Shown here: one piece after another, positions 1 through 9,724 of the stretch
Position numbering within the stretch: the stretch's first letter is position 1
How the letters are laid out: each line of letters opens with the position of its first letter
DNA from: an uncultured Verrucomicrobiota bacterium
GTDB taxonomy: Bacteria > Verrucomicrobiota > Verrucomicrobiia > Limisphaerales > CAZFVY01
DNA length: 64,000 bases
NCBI GenBank assembly: GCA_964522665.1
Contig: CAZFVY010000008.1
Location: 29,655-93,654 of the forward strand
Direction of reading: 5' to 3'
The notes under the pieces: model-generated
What the model was told of the DNA's origin: nothing
Databases searched by the model: none
Seen by the model: only the letters and a program-made list of their open reading frames with translations
Made by a program: the position numbers and the translations under genes

Positions 1-2
1 CG

Positions 3-581
3 TGGATCGACCCGGAACCCCTTAAGGAAAAATTCCTTCGCCTCGCCTCCGACGTTCATCCCGATCGCGTCCACGAAGCGAGCGCCGCGGACAAAGCGGA
101 AGCGAATCGGCGCTACGCGGAATTCAACGCCGCGTACCAATGCCTGCGCGATCCGAAAGAACGCCTGGGCCACCTTCTGACGTTGGAACTTGGAGCTAAG
201 CCGCAAGGACTCGAGCGAGTGACGCCCGAACTCATGGACACGTTCGTCGAGATCAATCAACTCGGCCGCGAGGTCGATCGCTTCCTCGCGGAACGCGCCA
301 ACGTCCAATCCCCGATGCTCAAGGTCCGGTTTTTCGAGCGCGGCATGGAATGGAGCGATCGCCTAAGCGCGGCCCTCCGGCGCCTCAACGAAGATTTTGC
401 GAGCCTCGCGACCGAGCTAAAGCAGATGAACGCGGTCTGGCAATCCGCCCCGCCGGACGGCTCCCCGGAGCGCGCCTCGTCGCTGCCGTTGAACCGAGCC
501 GAAGAAATTTATCGCGCCCTGAGTTACAACCGCCGGTGGGCGGCGCAACTGCTGGAGCGGGTCGGGCAACTGGTATTCTGA
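3..581 (+). CDS. J-domain co-chaperone (DnaJ/HscB-like); 5' end lies outside the window
   Basis: Translation from nt 3 reads WIDPEPLKEKFLRLASDVHPDRVHEASAADKAEANRRYAEFNAAYQCLRDPKERLGHLL, which contains the J-domain HPD tripeptide. It is in frame and continuous with track ORF 183..581, whose TTG is internal. Confidence 0.6.
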   Translation, partial: WIDPEPLKEKFLRLASDVHPDRVHEASAADKAEANRRYAEFNAAYQCLRDPKERLGHLLTLELGAKPQGLERVTPELMDTFVEINQLGREVDRFLAERANVQSPMLKVRFFERGMEWSDRLSAALRRLNEDFASLATELKQMNAVWQSAPPDGSPERASSLPLNRAEEIYRALSYNRRWAAQLLERVGQLVF

Positions 582-1016
582 AAGGAAAATCGGGCCGTTG
601 ATCCGACGCGGCTACCTCTCGCATAATCAGCGTTTTCTAAGGGATGCTCCGATCTCGCCCGCCAAAGTATCTCGCGCGCGATGGGAGGGGCGAGCTCGAG
701 ATGTTGCGGGATTCTGGCGTTTTGGCTTGCGTGGACAAGTGAATCGGTCCCAGCCTTGCAGGCCGGAAGAACTATAATTGGGAACGATTTCCTGGGATTT
801 CGCTGCGCTCCATCCCCGGCTATCCCATTGCGGGCTTTCAGCCCGTTGCGAACTGACGCTTCGGACGATGGCGACCCAAAACGTCAACCACTCGAAGTTG
901 CGCCGCGCGAAAAAGTGAGCGTGGCCGGTCGCAACTCCGCGCTTGCATTTCCCCAATGTTCGGCTAGCTTCCGGCTTCCGCTGCCGGGAAAACTCTGGTC
1001 GGCGGCAATTGATTTT

Positions 1017-1574
1017 ATGGCATCTGCAAATGACATTCGAAAAGGCATGGCGTTGAATTACAACGGCGACATCGCCGTCGTCCTGGAAAGCCAGCACCGC
1101 ACGCCGGGCAACCTGCGCGCGTTCGTCCAGGCGACGTTGCGCAGCCTGCGCACCGGCAAATCGTTCGACGTCCGCTTCAGTTCGACGGAAAAAATCGACG
1201 TCGTGCCGATGACGACCCGCAAGATGGATTTCAGCTACAAGGACCGCGAGGATTTCGTCTTTTCGGACCCGGACACCTACGAAACGGTGACGGTCTCGCC
1301 TGAGATCGTTGGCGACGCGAAGAACTACCTCATTGAGAACGCCGTGGTCACCATGACGTTCGTGGAAGACAAGCCGGTGCAGATCGAAATGCCGTCCAAC
1401 GTCATTCTGAAGGTGACCGACGCGCCCGAAGGCATCCGCGGCGACTCGGCGAACAATGTGCAGAAGCTCATTGTCCTGGAGACGGGGATCAGCGTTCAAG
1501 CTCCCCTCTTCATCAAGACCGGCGAGAAGATCAAGATCGACACACGGACCGGCAAATACATGGAACGAGCCTAA
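1017..1574 (+). CDS. efp: translation elongation factor P
   Basis: The ATG at 1017 sits inside track ORF 681..1574. MASANDIRKGMALNYNGDIAVVLESQHRTPGNLRAFVQATLRSLRTGKSFDVRF... is a full-length, 185-aa EF-P-type sequence. The upstream part of the ORF is low-quality read-through. Confidence 0.95.
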   Translation: MASANDIRKGMALNYNGDIAVVLESQHRTPGNLRAFVQATLRSLRTGKSFDVRFSSTEKIDVVPMTTRKMDFSYKDREDFVFSDPDTYETVTVSPEIVGDAKNYLIENAVVTMTFVEDKPVQIEMPSNVILKVTDAPEGIRGDSANNVQKLIVLETGISVQAPLFIKTGEKIKIDTRTGKYMERA

Positions 1575-1609
1575 TTTGGCGCCGTTCCCCGGTTACCGCC
1601 CAAGCAGCA

Positions 1610-2656
1610 TTACGCCTCCGGCGTCAACGCCGGACGAACCCCAAATTTCTTCGCCAGGGCGAGCGTCACGCTCAAAGATTTGACGCCGCCGGTGCAGGTC
1701 GCGTCCGAGAGCGAGGCCGCCGCCAGACAGACACCGGTCAGCAGACAGCGGGTCAAGTCCCAACCTTCATGCAGGCCGAGCAGGGTTCCCGCGCAGAACG
1801 CGTCACCGGCGCCCGCGGTGCCCGCGATATATTTGTCGGGCAACTTCAATGAGGATTGCCAATAATCCTTCCCATCGCGCGTCCGCGCGAAGGCCCCTTC
1901 GGGAAAATGGATCACCACGACTTCGCGCACACCGCATTGCAACATCGCCCCGGCGGCGTGGCGCAAAGCCACGGTGTCGAGCTTGCCGTCGGGTCGGCGG
2001 ATCTTGAATCCCGTCGTCTTGCCGGCCTCGATCTCGTTCAAGATACAATAATCCACATGCTTGAGCGCCGGGCTGACGATCTTCGCAAACCGGTCGCTGT
2101 CCTCGCTGACCACATCGACGCTGGTTTTCAGGCCGGCGGACTGTGCGTTGGCGAGAAGGCGCGCCGCCTGGGTGCCGTATTTTTTGTCCGGCAGGTCGAG
2201 CGCGTCCAAAAGCAGGAGGTAGCCGAGGTGAAAGATGCGCGCGCTGATTTTCGCAAAATCCAGATCCTCACCGCGCCAGAGGGAATTGGCGCCGCGATGA
2301 TGAAAGAACGTGCGCCGGCCGCCGTTGAGCTCCGTCATGACATCGGTGTAGGAAGTCGGCGCGGCGGCGCTCGCGCGCAAGTTCCGGGTACTGATGCCCC
2401 GCTTTTCGCAATCGTCGATGATCTGCTGGCCCAAGGCGTCTTTGCCGACGAACCCCGCGGCGAAAAGCGGTATTCCGGCCTCGGATTTGGCGAGGTCGAT
2501 CAAGACGTTGTAGGGCGCGCCACCGGTTCCCTGGCTCTGGCCGCGGATGTTGGCCAGTTGTTCGGCCTGCGGATAGACGTCGATCATCTTGACCTGATCG
2601 ATAATCCAGTTGCCGCCGGCCAATAGCCCATTGCGTGACTTCGCTTTACTTTTCAT
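1610..2656 (-). CDS. PfkB-family carbohydrate kinase (ribokinase-like)
   Basis: C-terminal PfkB signature AGTAGAGDAFCAGTLLG and ribokinase-like length. The ATG at 2656 (MKSKAKS) is preferred over the TTG at 2677. Confidence 0.8.
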   Translation of the reverse strand: MKSKAKSRNGLLAGGNWIIDQVKMIDVYPQAEQLANIRGQSQGTGGAPYNVLIDLAKSEAGIPLFAAGFVGKDALGQQIIDDCEKRGISTRNLRASAAAPTSYTDVMTELNGGRRTFFHHRGANSLWRGEDLDFAKISARIFHLGYLLLLDALDLPDKKYGTQAARLLANAQSAGLKTSVDVVSEDSDRFAKIVSPALKHVDYCILNEIEAGKTTGFKIRRPDGKLDTVALRHAAGAMLQCGVREVVVIHFPEGAFARTRDGKDYWQSSLKLPDKYIAGTAGAGDAFCAGTLLGLHEGWDLTRCLLTGVCLAAASLSDATCTGGVKSLSVTLALAKKFGVRPALTPEA

Positions 2657-2890
2657 CGCCGCCAGTTCTCGTAACAATCATAGTCTTGCTTGGAAAATCC
2701 GACCCGCTCGCCCTCGAACGCGGTGGATTGATCGTTGTTGTCTCTACCGGATTGGCTTGGCGCAAGGCAAGAGTTAAACTTGGGTGAGCTGCCTTGGCCT
2801 AAACGGAAATCAACGCCGCCGCAATGTCTTCGGAATCGCAGTCGTGGGAAATAGCTGCGTTTGCCGCCAGAATCTGGCAGGATTTCGACG

Positions 2891-4432
2891 ATGCCCGTAA
2901 TCGACGCCTCCGATAAGCGCCTCAGAACTGGATTGATACTCCTGGTGGCGGCGCTCTGGCTCGGGTTGTGCAACCAACTTCGGGTCGAGTGGTCGATCAA
3001 CTCGCAATACAGCTACGGCTGGGGGGTGCCGCTGTTGGGCCTTTATCTGTTTTGGAAACGCTGGCAGTGCCGGCCCGACCCGCAACCCGGCCCCACGCCG
3101 ACCAGCGCGGCCTTGGCGGCGCTCGTTTTGCTCTCCCTTTTGCTGCCGGTCCGACTCATCGAGGAAGCCAATCCGGATTGGCGGCCGGTAAGCTGGCTCT
3201 ATGCCCTGATGGTCACGAGCCTGACCTGGCTGGCGGTCTGGTACACCGGCGGGCGGGCGTGGGGACGGCACTTTTTTGTGCCGATCGTGTTCATGCTCGT
3301 GGCGGTCCCGTGGCCCACGCCAATTGAAGAGTATTTCATTCAGGGGTTGATGCGCGACGTTGCCGGGGCGACGGTCGAGGCCCTCAATTGGTTGGGTATC
3401 CCCGCGGTGCAGCAAGGCAATTTGATCAAGCTGCCGTCCGGCGTGATTGGGGTGAGCGAAGCCTGCAGTGGCGTCCGGTCGTTTCAGGCGACGTTGATGT
3501 CCGGCATTTTTCTGGGTGAACTGTATCGATTTGGCCGAAGGCGGCGGCTGCTCTTCGTATTCCTGGCGGCCGCGATGGCGCTCGTCTTCAACTTCGTGCG
3601 GACCTTTGCCCTCACCTGGATTGGGGTTCGAAACGGAACCAGCAGCCTGCTCTCCTGGCACGACCCGGCGGGCTATTTTGTCTGGATGTTGGCCTTCTTT
3701 GTCCTGTGGATCATCGCCGCGCGTTGGCGGGGAGCGCGCTTCGAAGTGATGCCGGCGCCGTCAGTCCGCGGGAGCCGGCCGCGGCGCCTGCCAGCTCTGG
3801 CGCTGATCACCGTGGCGGTCTGGCTGCTCGCCGTGGAGGGGCTGACCGCGGCCTGGTATCGCTCGCACGAGTCGGGGCTGGTGCTCAATCGAGCGTGGAC
3901 CCTCGAATGGCCGAAGCAGGACCCCGGGTTTCATTTCGAGCCGATCCCCGAGGAAGTGCGGTTGATCCTCCGCTTTAACACGGGGCAGAATGGGGTCTGG
4001 GACCGGAAAGACGGAACCCGGTGGCTGATGTATTATTTCAAATGGTCGCCCGGCCGGGCGGCGGCGCAATTGGCGGCGAACCATTCGCCGGTCGCCTGCC
4101 TGCCGGCCAGCGGCCTAACCCTGGTGTCGGAGGACGGCTGGCGCAAGGTCGCCGCGGATGGATTAGAGCTGCCGTTTCACGGGTATGTTTTTGATAACCA
4201 TGGTGAGCCGTGGCACGTCTATTTCTGCCTTTGGGAGGATCGGTTTTCCGTGCAAAACGGACCGGAACGAGGCGGCGATTTCGGGCGCTGGAGCCGGCTC
4301 AAGGCCGTGCTCGACGGTCGCCGGCATCTCGGCCAGGAGGTGCTCGAGATCGCCATCCTCGGCGCCCACGACCCGGCGACCGCCATGGCGCAAATGCGCG
4401 CGGAACTGCCGAAAATGATCCATTTGCGGTGA
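2891..4432 (+). CDS. exosortase-family transpeptidase with a ~200-aa C-terminal soluble extension (possibly EpsI-like)
   Basis: Polytopic membrane N-terminal half carrying the exosortase motifs VSEACSGVRS (Cys), FNFVRTFALTW (Arg) and SWHDPAGYF (His). The ATG at 2891 is preferred over the TTG at 2861. Confidence 0.75.
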   Translation: MPVIDASDKRLRTGLILLVAALWLGLCNQLRVEWSINSQYSYGWGVPLLGLYLFWKRWQCRPDPQPGPTPTSAALAALVLLSLLLPVRLIEEANPDWRPVSWLYALMVTSLTWLAVWYTGGRAWGRHFFVPIVFMLVAVPWPTPIEEYFIQGLMRDVAGATVEALNWLGIPAVQQGNLIKLPSGVIGVSEACSGVRSFQATLMSGIFLGELYRFGRRRRLLFVFLAAAMALVFNFVRTFALTWIGVRNGTSSLLSWHDPAGYFVWMLAFFVLWIIAARWRGARFEVMPAPSVRGSRPRRLPALALITVAVWLLAVEGLTAAWYRSHESGLVLNRAWTLEWPKQDPGFHFEPIPEEVRLILRFNTGQNGVWDRKDGTRWLMYYFKWSPGRAAAQLAANHSPVACLPASGLTLVSEDGWRKVAADGLELPFHGYVFDNHGEPWHVYFCLWEDRFSVQNGPERGGDFGRWSRLKAVLDGRRHLGQEVLEIAILGAHDPATAMAQMRAELPKMIHLR

Positions 4433-4453
4433 ATCGCGAAGACCGCGGCCACG

Positions 4454-6169
4454 ATGTCAAGCCCGCCCCCAGCCTATCCCACCCCAGCCGCGACGCCTCG
4501 GTTGCAACGATCCTGGCTGGCGCTCGCGCTGGTCGGAGTGCTGGCGTTCGCGGCGTTGCTGGCGGCCCGGCCGACTTATCGCGCGGTCAAGCGGTGGCGC
4601 GCGCGCGGCCTGGCGGATCAGGCGGAAAAATTTCTCCTCGCGCAAAAATGGAAAGAAGCGTCTGAAAAGGCGCAAGCCGCCTACCAATTGAATCCCGTTG
4701 ACCCACGGACGCTCCGCGTCGTCGCGCGCCTGTATGCCGACTCGGGCAACGAACTCGCGCTCAGTTTCTGGGATAGTCTCATCGCGATGGGCCAAGCCAC
4801 CCCGGACGATCGTCGTGCCTTGGTTCGATTGGCGCTGCAACTGGGCCGCTTGGAACCGGCCGCCAAGCAGATTGGCCCGCTGCTCGAATTGGCGCCGGAC
4901 GATGGCCCGACTCTGGAACTCGCGGCGGACGTGGCGGCCGCGCAAGGCGATTTGGCGGCCGCCCTGAAATACGCCCGGCGCGCCACCGCCCTCGAACCCG
5001 GCCAACCGGCGCCGCAACTGGCGCTCGGCCGCCTGCTCCTTGCTTCAACGAACGTCGCCGACCAGGCCGAGGCGCGCCGCCTGCTCCTGCCGCTGGCCAC
5101 CGGCCGGGACCAGAACGCGTTGGACGCCTTAATTCTGATGACGCGTCTGCGGGACCTTACCTGGCCGGACGCCACTTTTCTCGTCGAACGCCTCACGCGG
5201 CATCCCTTGACGACGGTCGATTACCAAACCCAGGCGGCGGAACTGTTGATTCGGCAACGCCCCGCGGAACGGACGCGCTTCATCGATCGCCTGTTGAACG
5301 AGTACCGCGTCGCCGAGCCGAAGGAACGCCTGGCGCTGGCGCGCTGGCTCAACGCGCAGAAGGAATACGGGCGTTTGCTCGACTGGATTCCGTTGAACGA
5401 GGCCCGGCAGGATCGTGACCTTTACATGCTCCGGCTGGACGCCCAAGCGGCGCTCGGCCGCTGGGCCGAAATCGGCGAAACGTTGGAGAGCAAACCGACC
5501 CCTTTGGAGGGTTGGGTGACTGAACTTTACCGGGCGCGCGTCGCGCAGCAAACCGGACAGACGGAAGAGGCCGCATTGCAGTGGCGGCGCGTGCAATTGG
5601 ACGTGCCGCGCAAGGCGGCGACCCTGCGCTACGTGGCTCAATACGCGGAACAAACCGGCGAGCTTGACGAGGCCACGAAAGCGTATCGCCGCCTGGCCGA
5701 GCTGCCCGAAAGCGCCGCGGACGCCTACGCCGGCCTGATGCGATTGGCGGATCGCAACGGCTCGACCCGGACCGCGCGCGATCTGGTCAAGGAGTTTACG
5801 CGGATCGCGCCCGACAACGCCTTTGCGCGCGCCGATCTCGCGTATCTGAATCTGCTGCTCGGGGACGACGTGCCGGCGGCGGCCGAGGTGAGCCGCCAGC
5901 TTTATGAGAGCAACACTAATTTCGTCGCTTATCGGGTGACGCGCGCGCTCGCGCTGTTCGAGCTAAAGGAAACCAAGAACGCCCAACGGTTGTTGGCGGC
6001 GACGACGAACGATTGGTCCACGGCGCCGGCCGGCTGGCAGGCGATCCGCGCGGCGATCATTGGCGGCGCCGGAGACGCGACCGAAGCCCGGCGCCTGGCG
6101 CGCGCCATCCCCGCCGACCGCCTCCGTCCGGAGGAACGCGATTTGCTTCAACCGTGGGCGGCGCCGTAA
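4454..6169 (+). CDS. TPR-repeat protein with an N-terminal membrane anchor
   Basis: N-terminal hydrophobic helix (WLALALVGVLAFAALLAA) followed by degenerate 34-aa helical TPR-like repeats. It starts 21 nt after the exosortase stop. Confidence 0.6.
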   Translation: MSSPPPAYPTPAATPRLQRSWLALALVGVLAFAALLAARPTYRAVKRWRARGLADQAEKFLLAQKWKEASEKAQAAYQLNPVDPRTLRVVARLYADSGNELALSFWDSLIAMGQATPDDRRALVRLALQLGRLEPAAKQIGPLLELAPDDGPTLELAADVAAAQGDLAAALKYARRATALEPGQPAPQLALGRLLLASTNVADQAEARRLLLPLATGRDQNALDALILMTRLRDLTWPDATFLVERLTRHPLTTVDYQTQAAELLIRQRPAERTRFIDRLLNEYRVAEPKERLALARWLNAQKEYGRLLDWIPLNEARQDRDLYMLRLDAQAALGRWAEIGETLESKPTPLEGWVTELYRARVAQQTGQTEEAALQWRRVQLDVPRKAATLRYVAQYAEQTGELDEATKAYRRLAELPESAADAYAGLMRLADRNGSTRTARDLVKEFTRIAPDNAFARADLAYLNLLLGDDVPAAAEVSRQLYESNTNFVAYRVTRALALFELKETKNAQRLLAATTNDWSTAPAGWQAIRAAIIGGAGDATEARRLARAIPADRLRPEERDLLQPWAAP

Positions 6170-6323
6170 ACCCGCGGCTTGGGGCGAGAAATCGGTTGCG
6201 TCCACAGCCGGTTCGAATCGAACGGCCTGGAATCGACGGTGAGCGAATTGAACATGCGGCCCGTTCCGGGCGTCAGAGTATTGCCGACGCTGATGTGATT
6301 GAGTAGCTTTAACCCACGCGAGC

Positions 6324-7544
6324 ATGATCCACGCACCTTCACTGCCCCAATTCTCGACCCTCCAGGCCTTTGACCATCAATCGCAGACCCGGCTCGTCTT
6401 CGGCGTGGAGAGCCTGCAGCGCCTCGGACGACTGGCCCGCGAACTCTCCGCGAGCCGCGTCCTGCTCGTGACCGATCCCGGAATCGTGGCGGCTGGCCAC
6501 GCGGCGCGCGCCCTCAAAATCCTGGAGGGAGCGGGGCTGAAAGTAGCGATGTTTGATCGCACGGAGGAGAATCCGACCACGACCTGCGTCGAAGAGTGCG
6601 TCGCGGCCGCCAAAGCCGCCGGCATCGATACGCTCGTAGCGTTGGGCGGCGGCAGCAGCATGGACACCGCCAAGGGATGCAATTTCGTGCTCACGAACGG
6701 CGGCCGGATGCAGGATTATTGGGGCGTCGGCAAGGCGGCGCTGCCGATGTTGCCGATGATCGCGATCCCCACCACGGCCGGGACGGGCAGCGAATGCCAA
6801 TCGTTCGCGCTCATCGCCGACGCGCAGACCCATCAGAAGATGGCCTGCGGTGACCCCAAAGCCGCCGCCCGGATCGCCATTCTCGACCCGACGCTGACGC
6901 TTTCGCAGCCGCCCCGGGTAACCGCCTACACCGGGATCGACGCGATCGCGCACGTCGTTGAAACGGCCGTCACGATCAAACGCAACGCGTTTTCACTCAT
7001 GTGCGCGCACGAAGGGTTCAAGCTTACAGTCCCAAGCCTGCCGCGCGTGTTTCGCGACCCGACTGACTTGGAAGCCCGGGGCCGCATGCTTCTCGGCGCC
7101 GCGTTCGCGGGGATCGCCATCGAAAATAGTATGTTGGGGGCGGCTCATTCGGCGGCGAATCCCTTGACCGCCCGGTACGGCATCGCGCACGGTCAAGCCG
7201 TCGGGATGATGCTCCCGGCGGTCGTTCGCTTTAACGGCGAGGACCCGGCGGCGCTGCAAGCGTACGCGGAACTCGCCTCCGCTCCTGAAATCGCCTGCGT
7301 CAGCGACGGTCTTGAGGTGGCGCTGGAGGCCTTGATCGGCCATTTGGAGGCGCTTCTCGATACGATCGGGATGCCGCGCTCACTCGCGGATTGCGGCGTG
7401 GAACGGTCAATGATTCCGGCGATGGCGTTGGAAGCGGCTGGCCAATGGACGGCCGGATTTAATCCGCGCAAGGTCACCGCGGAAGATTTCGCCGGACTTT
7501 ACGAAGCGGCCTTCGAGCCGCGCGGGGGAACGGCGCGGGTTTGA
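6324..7544 (+). CDS. iron-containing (group III) alcohol dehydrogenase
   Basis: Motifs GGGSSMDTAKG, PTTAGTGSE and AHSAANPLTARYGIAHGQAVG; length 406 aa. Confidence 0.85.
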   Translation: MIHAPSLPQFSTLQAFDHQSQTRLVFGVESLQRLGRLARELSASRVLLVTDPGIVAAGHAARALKILEGAGLKVAMFDRTEENPTTTCVEECVAAAKAAGIDTLVALGGGSSMDTAKGCNFVLTNGGRMQDYWGVGKAALPMLPMIAIPTTAGTGSECQSFALIADAQTHQKMACGDPKAAARIAILDPTLTLSQPPRVTAYTGIDAIAHVVETAVTIKRNAFSLMCAHEGFKLTVPSLPRVFRDPTDLEARGRMLLGAAFAGIAIENSMLGAAHSAANPLTARYGIAHGQAVGMMLPAVVRFNGEDPAALQAYAELASAPEIACVSDGLEVALEALIGHLEALLDTIGMPRSLADCGVERSMIPAMALEAAGQWTAGFNPRKVTAEDFAGLYEAAFEPRGGTARV

Positions 7545-7604
7545 CCCGCTGGCCATCACCATAACTCCTCTTCCATCTCAGCTCTCCCACCGCCGATTTT
7601 CGAT

Positions 7605-7814
7605 TCACATTCCCATCCGGTGGAGCACGTACATCGCGAGCATCACGAAAACGCAAATCAGCGACATCGTCATAGCGCTGGGCGCGAAATACGACGCGAG
7701 CAAAATGGCCAAGCCTCCGAGAAACGGCAGGATCGCGGCCTGTTTCTTCGCGTAAACGATCATGGCCACGCCCAGCGAACCCCAAACCAGCGACGCAAAT
7801 AAATAGTTGGCCAT
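7605..7814 (-). CDS. small hydrophobic membrane protein (69 aa, 2-3 TM), unknown function
   Basis: ATG start and an almost entirely hydrophobic sequence (MANYLFASLVWGSLGVAMIVYAKKQAAILPFLGGLAILLASYF...). No family was recognised. Confidence 0.4.
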   Translation of the reverse strand: MANYLFASLVWGSLGVAMIVYAKKQAAILPFLGGLAILLASYFAPSAMTMSLICVFVMLAMYVLHRMGM

Positions 7815-7853
7815 GAGACGCCTTGGCCGCGGTAAAAAATTGACGACCGACCG

Positions 7854-8204
7854 CTATGGAGAAGCGGGGCTGAAGTTAAACTCAGCCAGCCGGACAATCA
7901 CCTCGTAAACGACCCACACCGCCAGCACGAGCAACATGCCTTGGAAGACGGTCAACCGACGCCGCCCGGCCGGCGCGAGCTTCTTCCAGAGCCGACGCCA
8001 GGCGGAGCGCCTGAAGCTGTGCCCGCAATGAGAACAGGCCGGGGCCACTCGATCATTGCGGCGCCCACAATGATGGCAGGTGATAAACAAGCGCGAACCA
8101 CAACTTTCACATGCCTTGACCGTGGACAGGTTGACGTGATGGCATTTCGCGCACGTGACCGGGCGGGTCGCGCGAAATTCACTGTTCACAGGATTCGACT
8201 TCAT
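7854..8204 (-). CDS. double zinc-ribbon protein with a C-terminal TM helix
   Basis: Four CxxC pairs (CAKC..CESC..CHHC..CSHC) followed by the hydrophobic helix VFQGMLLVLAVWVVYEVIV. The ATG at 8204 is one codon inside the TTG at 8207. Confidence 0.5.
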   Translation of the reverse strand: MKSNPVNSEFRATRPVTCAKCHHVNLSTVKACESCGSRLFITCHHCGRRNDRVAPACSHCGHSFRRSAWRRLWKKLAPAGRRRLTVFQGMLLVLAVWVVYEVIVRLAEFNFSPASP

Positions 8205-8236
8205 CAACCAAACTCGAGGACGAAATGTCCCGGCGC

Positions 8237-9382
8237 CTACGGCTTCGCGTCTCCCCCGTGAGACTGCTTGCGCTTTTCCAACTGCGTTTTCAAATAAAGG
8301 TCTGGCGGCGCTTGCTTCCAGGCTGTGAGCCAGAGATTAGCCAGCAGTTGCGACGACGCAAGTAATTGTTCGTTGAGGAATTCACGACCGTCCACCACCA
8401 ATGGCCCTTCGCCGGTCAATTTGCCCTCCTTTTCCAACCGGTAGAGCGGCTCAACTTTGGTCTGTTGTTGCGCGATGAAACCCAGCGCCACCGGAAAGAC
8501 ATCTTCGTGGCGAATTTGCGAATCGCCAGGCCACACCAGATGCGCCGGGGTTACCTTGGCCTTGAGAGCGGCGAGGTCGAGGCCCGCTTTTTGGAAGAAG
8601 CCACCGTCGATCCACGCGTGGATCGTGCGATTCGTCGTGTAACCGTTCGGATTCTCGCCGACCCAGCCATTGAAGTGTTTCGTGGTGTGGAGCGGCTGGC
8701 CCGCGTCGCCGACGAAATGCCCCATGACCCCCATGAGGTAAATCACATTCGCTTCGGCGTTGGCCACCTCTTCGGGCGTACCGTCGGCGGCGTATTCCTT
8801 CAAATAGGAAAACGCCGACTTCACCTTGGCGTAGTATTCGGTGATGGTCCAGGGCAGGAAACCAATCAACTCGCGCGTGTGGTCCGTATTACGCAACGGA
8901 TCGATCGGCGCAAAAGCGGAGGGACGAGTCGCGCGGGCGACCGCCAATTGGGCGGCGAATTCGTAGCGGAAATGGGTCAACGCGCGTGGCTCAATGTGGC
9001 AAAGCTCCAACTCTTCGAGGTCGAAATAATGGTCCGGCCCATTGCCGTTGCGCAGCGGCAAATCCCACGCGTTGCGCCACCGATCCGGTTCACCGCTTAA
9101 AAACGCGATCCGCTCCTGCGCTTCCGGCGTCCGCGTGAATTTCGGAAAATCATCAGGCAATGCCGCGAGCGCCAACTGATTGACCGCGCGATGCCCCTCG
9201 TAGTCCCACGCGAGAGCGGCGGGCGGCGCGAGCAGCCAGACGGAAATGACGACGACCGCCGCTAGGGAAAAGTGCCTCAGCCCGAGAACCGGCCGGCCGC
9301 CACGCCGCGGTCGGGAAGGCAGGACTTTTGCGCCGCCATCTAACTTCCATTGGGCGGACGAAAGGCCCACGCCACGCCTCAT
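8237..9382 (-). CDS. S1/P1-nuclease / zinc phospholipase-C-superfamily protein, secreted
   Basis: The signal peptide ends ..PPAALA, so the mature N-terminus starts WDYEGHRAV (an N-terminal Trp and His, as in P1 nuclease). The motif HFVGDAGQPLHTTKHF matches the H-x-x-D-x-x-Q-P-L-H zinc site. The start (ATG 9382 or TTG 9406) is uncertain. Confidence 0.65.
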   Translation of the reverse strand: MRRGVGLSSAQWKLDGGAKVLPSRPRRGGRPVLGLRHFSLAAVVVISVWLLAPPAALAWDYEGHRAVNQLALAALPDDFPKFTRTPEAQERIAFLSGEPDRWRNAWDLPLRNGNGPDHYFDLEELELCHIEPRALTHFRYEFAAQLAVARATRPSAFAPIDPLRNTDHTRELIGFLPWTITEYYAKVKSAFSYLKEYAADGTPEEVANAEANVIYLMGVMGHFVGDAGQPLHTTKHFNGWVGENPNGYTTNRTIHAWIDGGFFQKAGLDLAALKAKVTPAHLVWPGDSQIRHEDVFPVALGFIAQQQTKVEPLYRLEKEGKLTGEGPLVVDGREFLNEQLLASSQLLANLWLTAWKQAPPDLYLKTQLEKRKQSHGGDAKP

Positions 9383-9724
9383 CCTCAAAAAGTTTATCGC
9401 ATTCAAATCGCGCTATCATTTGAAGCATAATTTGACGTTCGGTTCAAATCGAAAAGGACGCCTTTCTTCCGCTCGCGGGTCTGGCGCGCCCGTGGCGGAC
9501 GCGAGAAAGCCCGATAACTCGCAATACCCCGCAGCGCCAGCCCAGCGTCCGAGTTCGGCGCGTGCGCCTCGGAAGGCGGCAAGCGCCAGACGCACGCTCG
9601 CGTTGCCGTTCATCCCATTCCGTCCCATCCATTCGCATTCTCTCGCATTGCTTCCCCGGCGAGGCCGGGCGACTCCCGCCAACTTCAAGCTGCAAATCCG
9701 CGTGGGTTGGAGTAGGCTCGCGCC

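Noticed and set aside
681-1016. 5' extensions of track ORFs beyond the family-consistent start. Examples: efp 681-1016, Hyp epimerase 42275-42562, FAD dehydrogenase 43227-43562, FliP 55692-55952, FliK 63035-63196, FlhF 48695-48742 and NHL genes 28566-28616 / 34603-34650.
   Set aside because: The extensions overlap upstream genes or consist of low-complexity read-through. Internal ATGs give canonical N-termini (signal peptides, the GxGxxG fold, the EF-P start) and often ATGA stop/start coupling.
6195-6225. tRNA-like T-loop motif ggttcgaatcg in the TPR/ADH intergenic region.
   Set aside because: The flanking bases do not form a T-stem (gccgg...cgaac is not complementary), and no acceptor or anticodon arms can be drawn.
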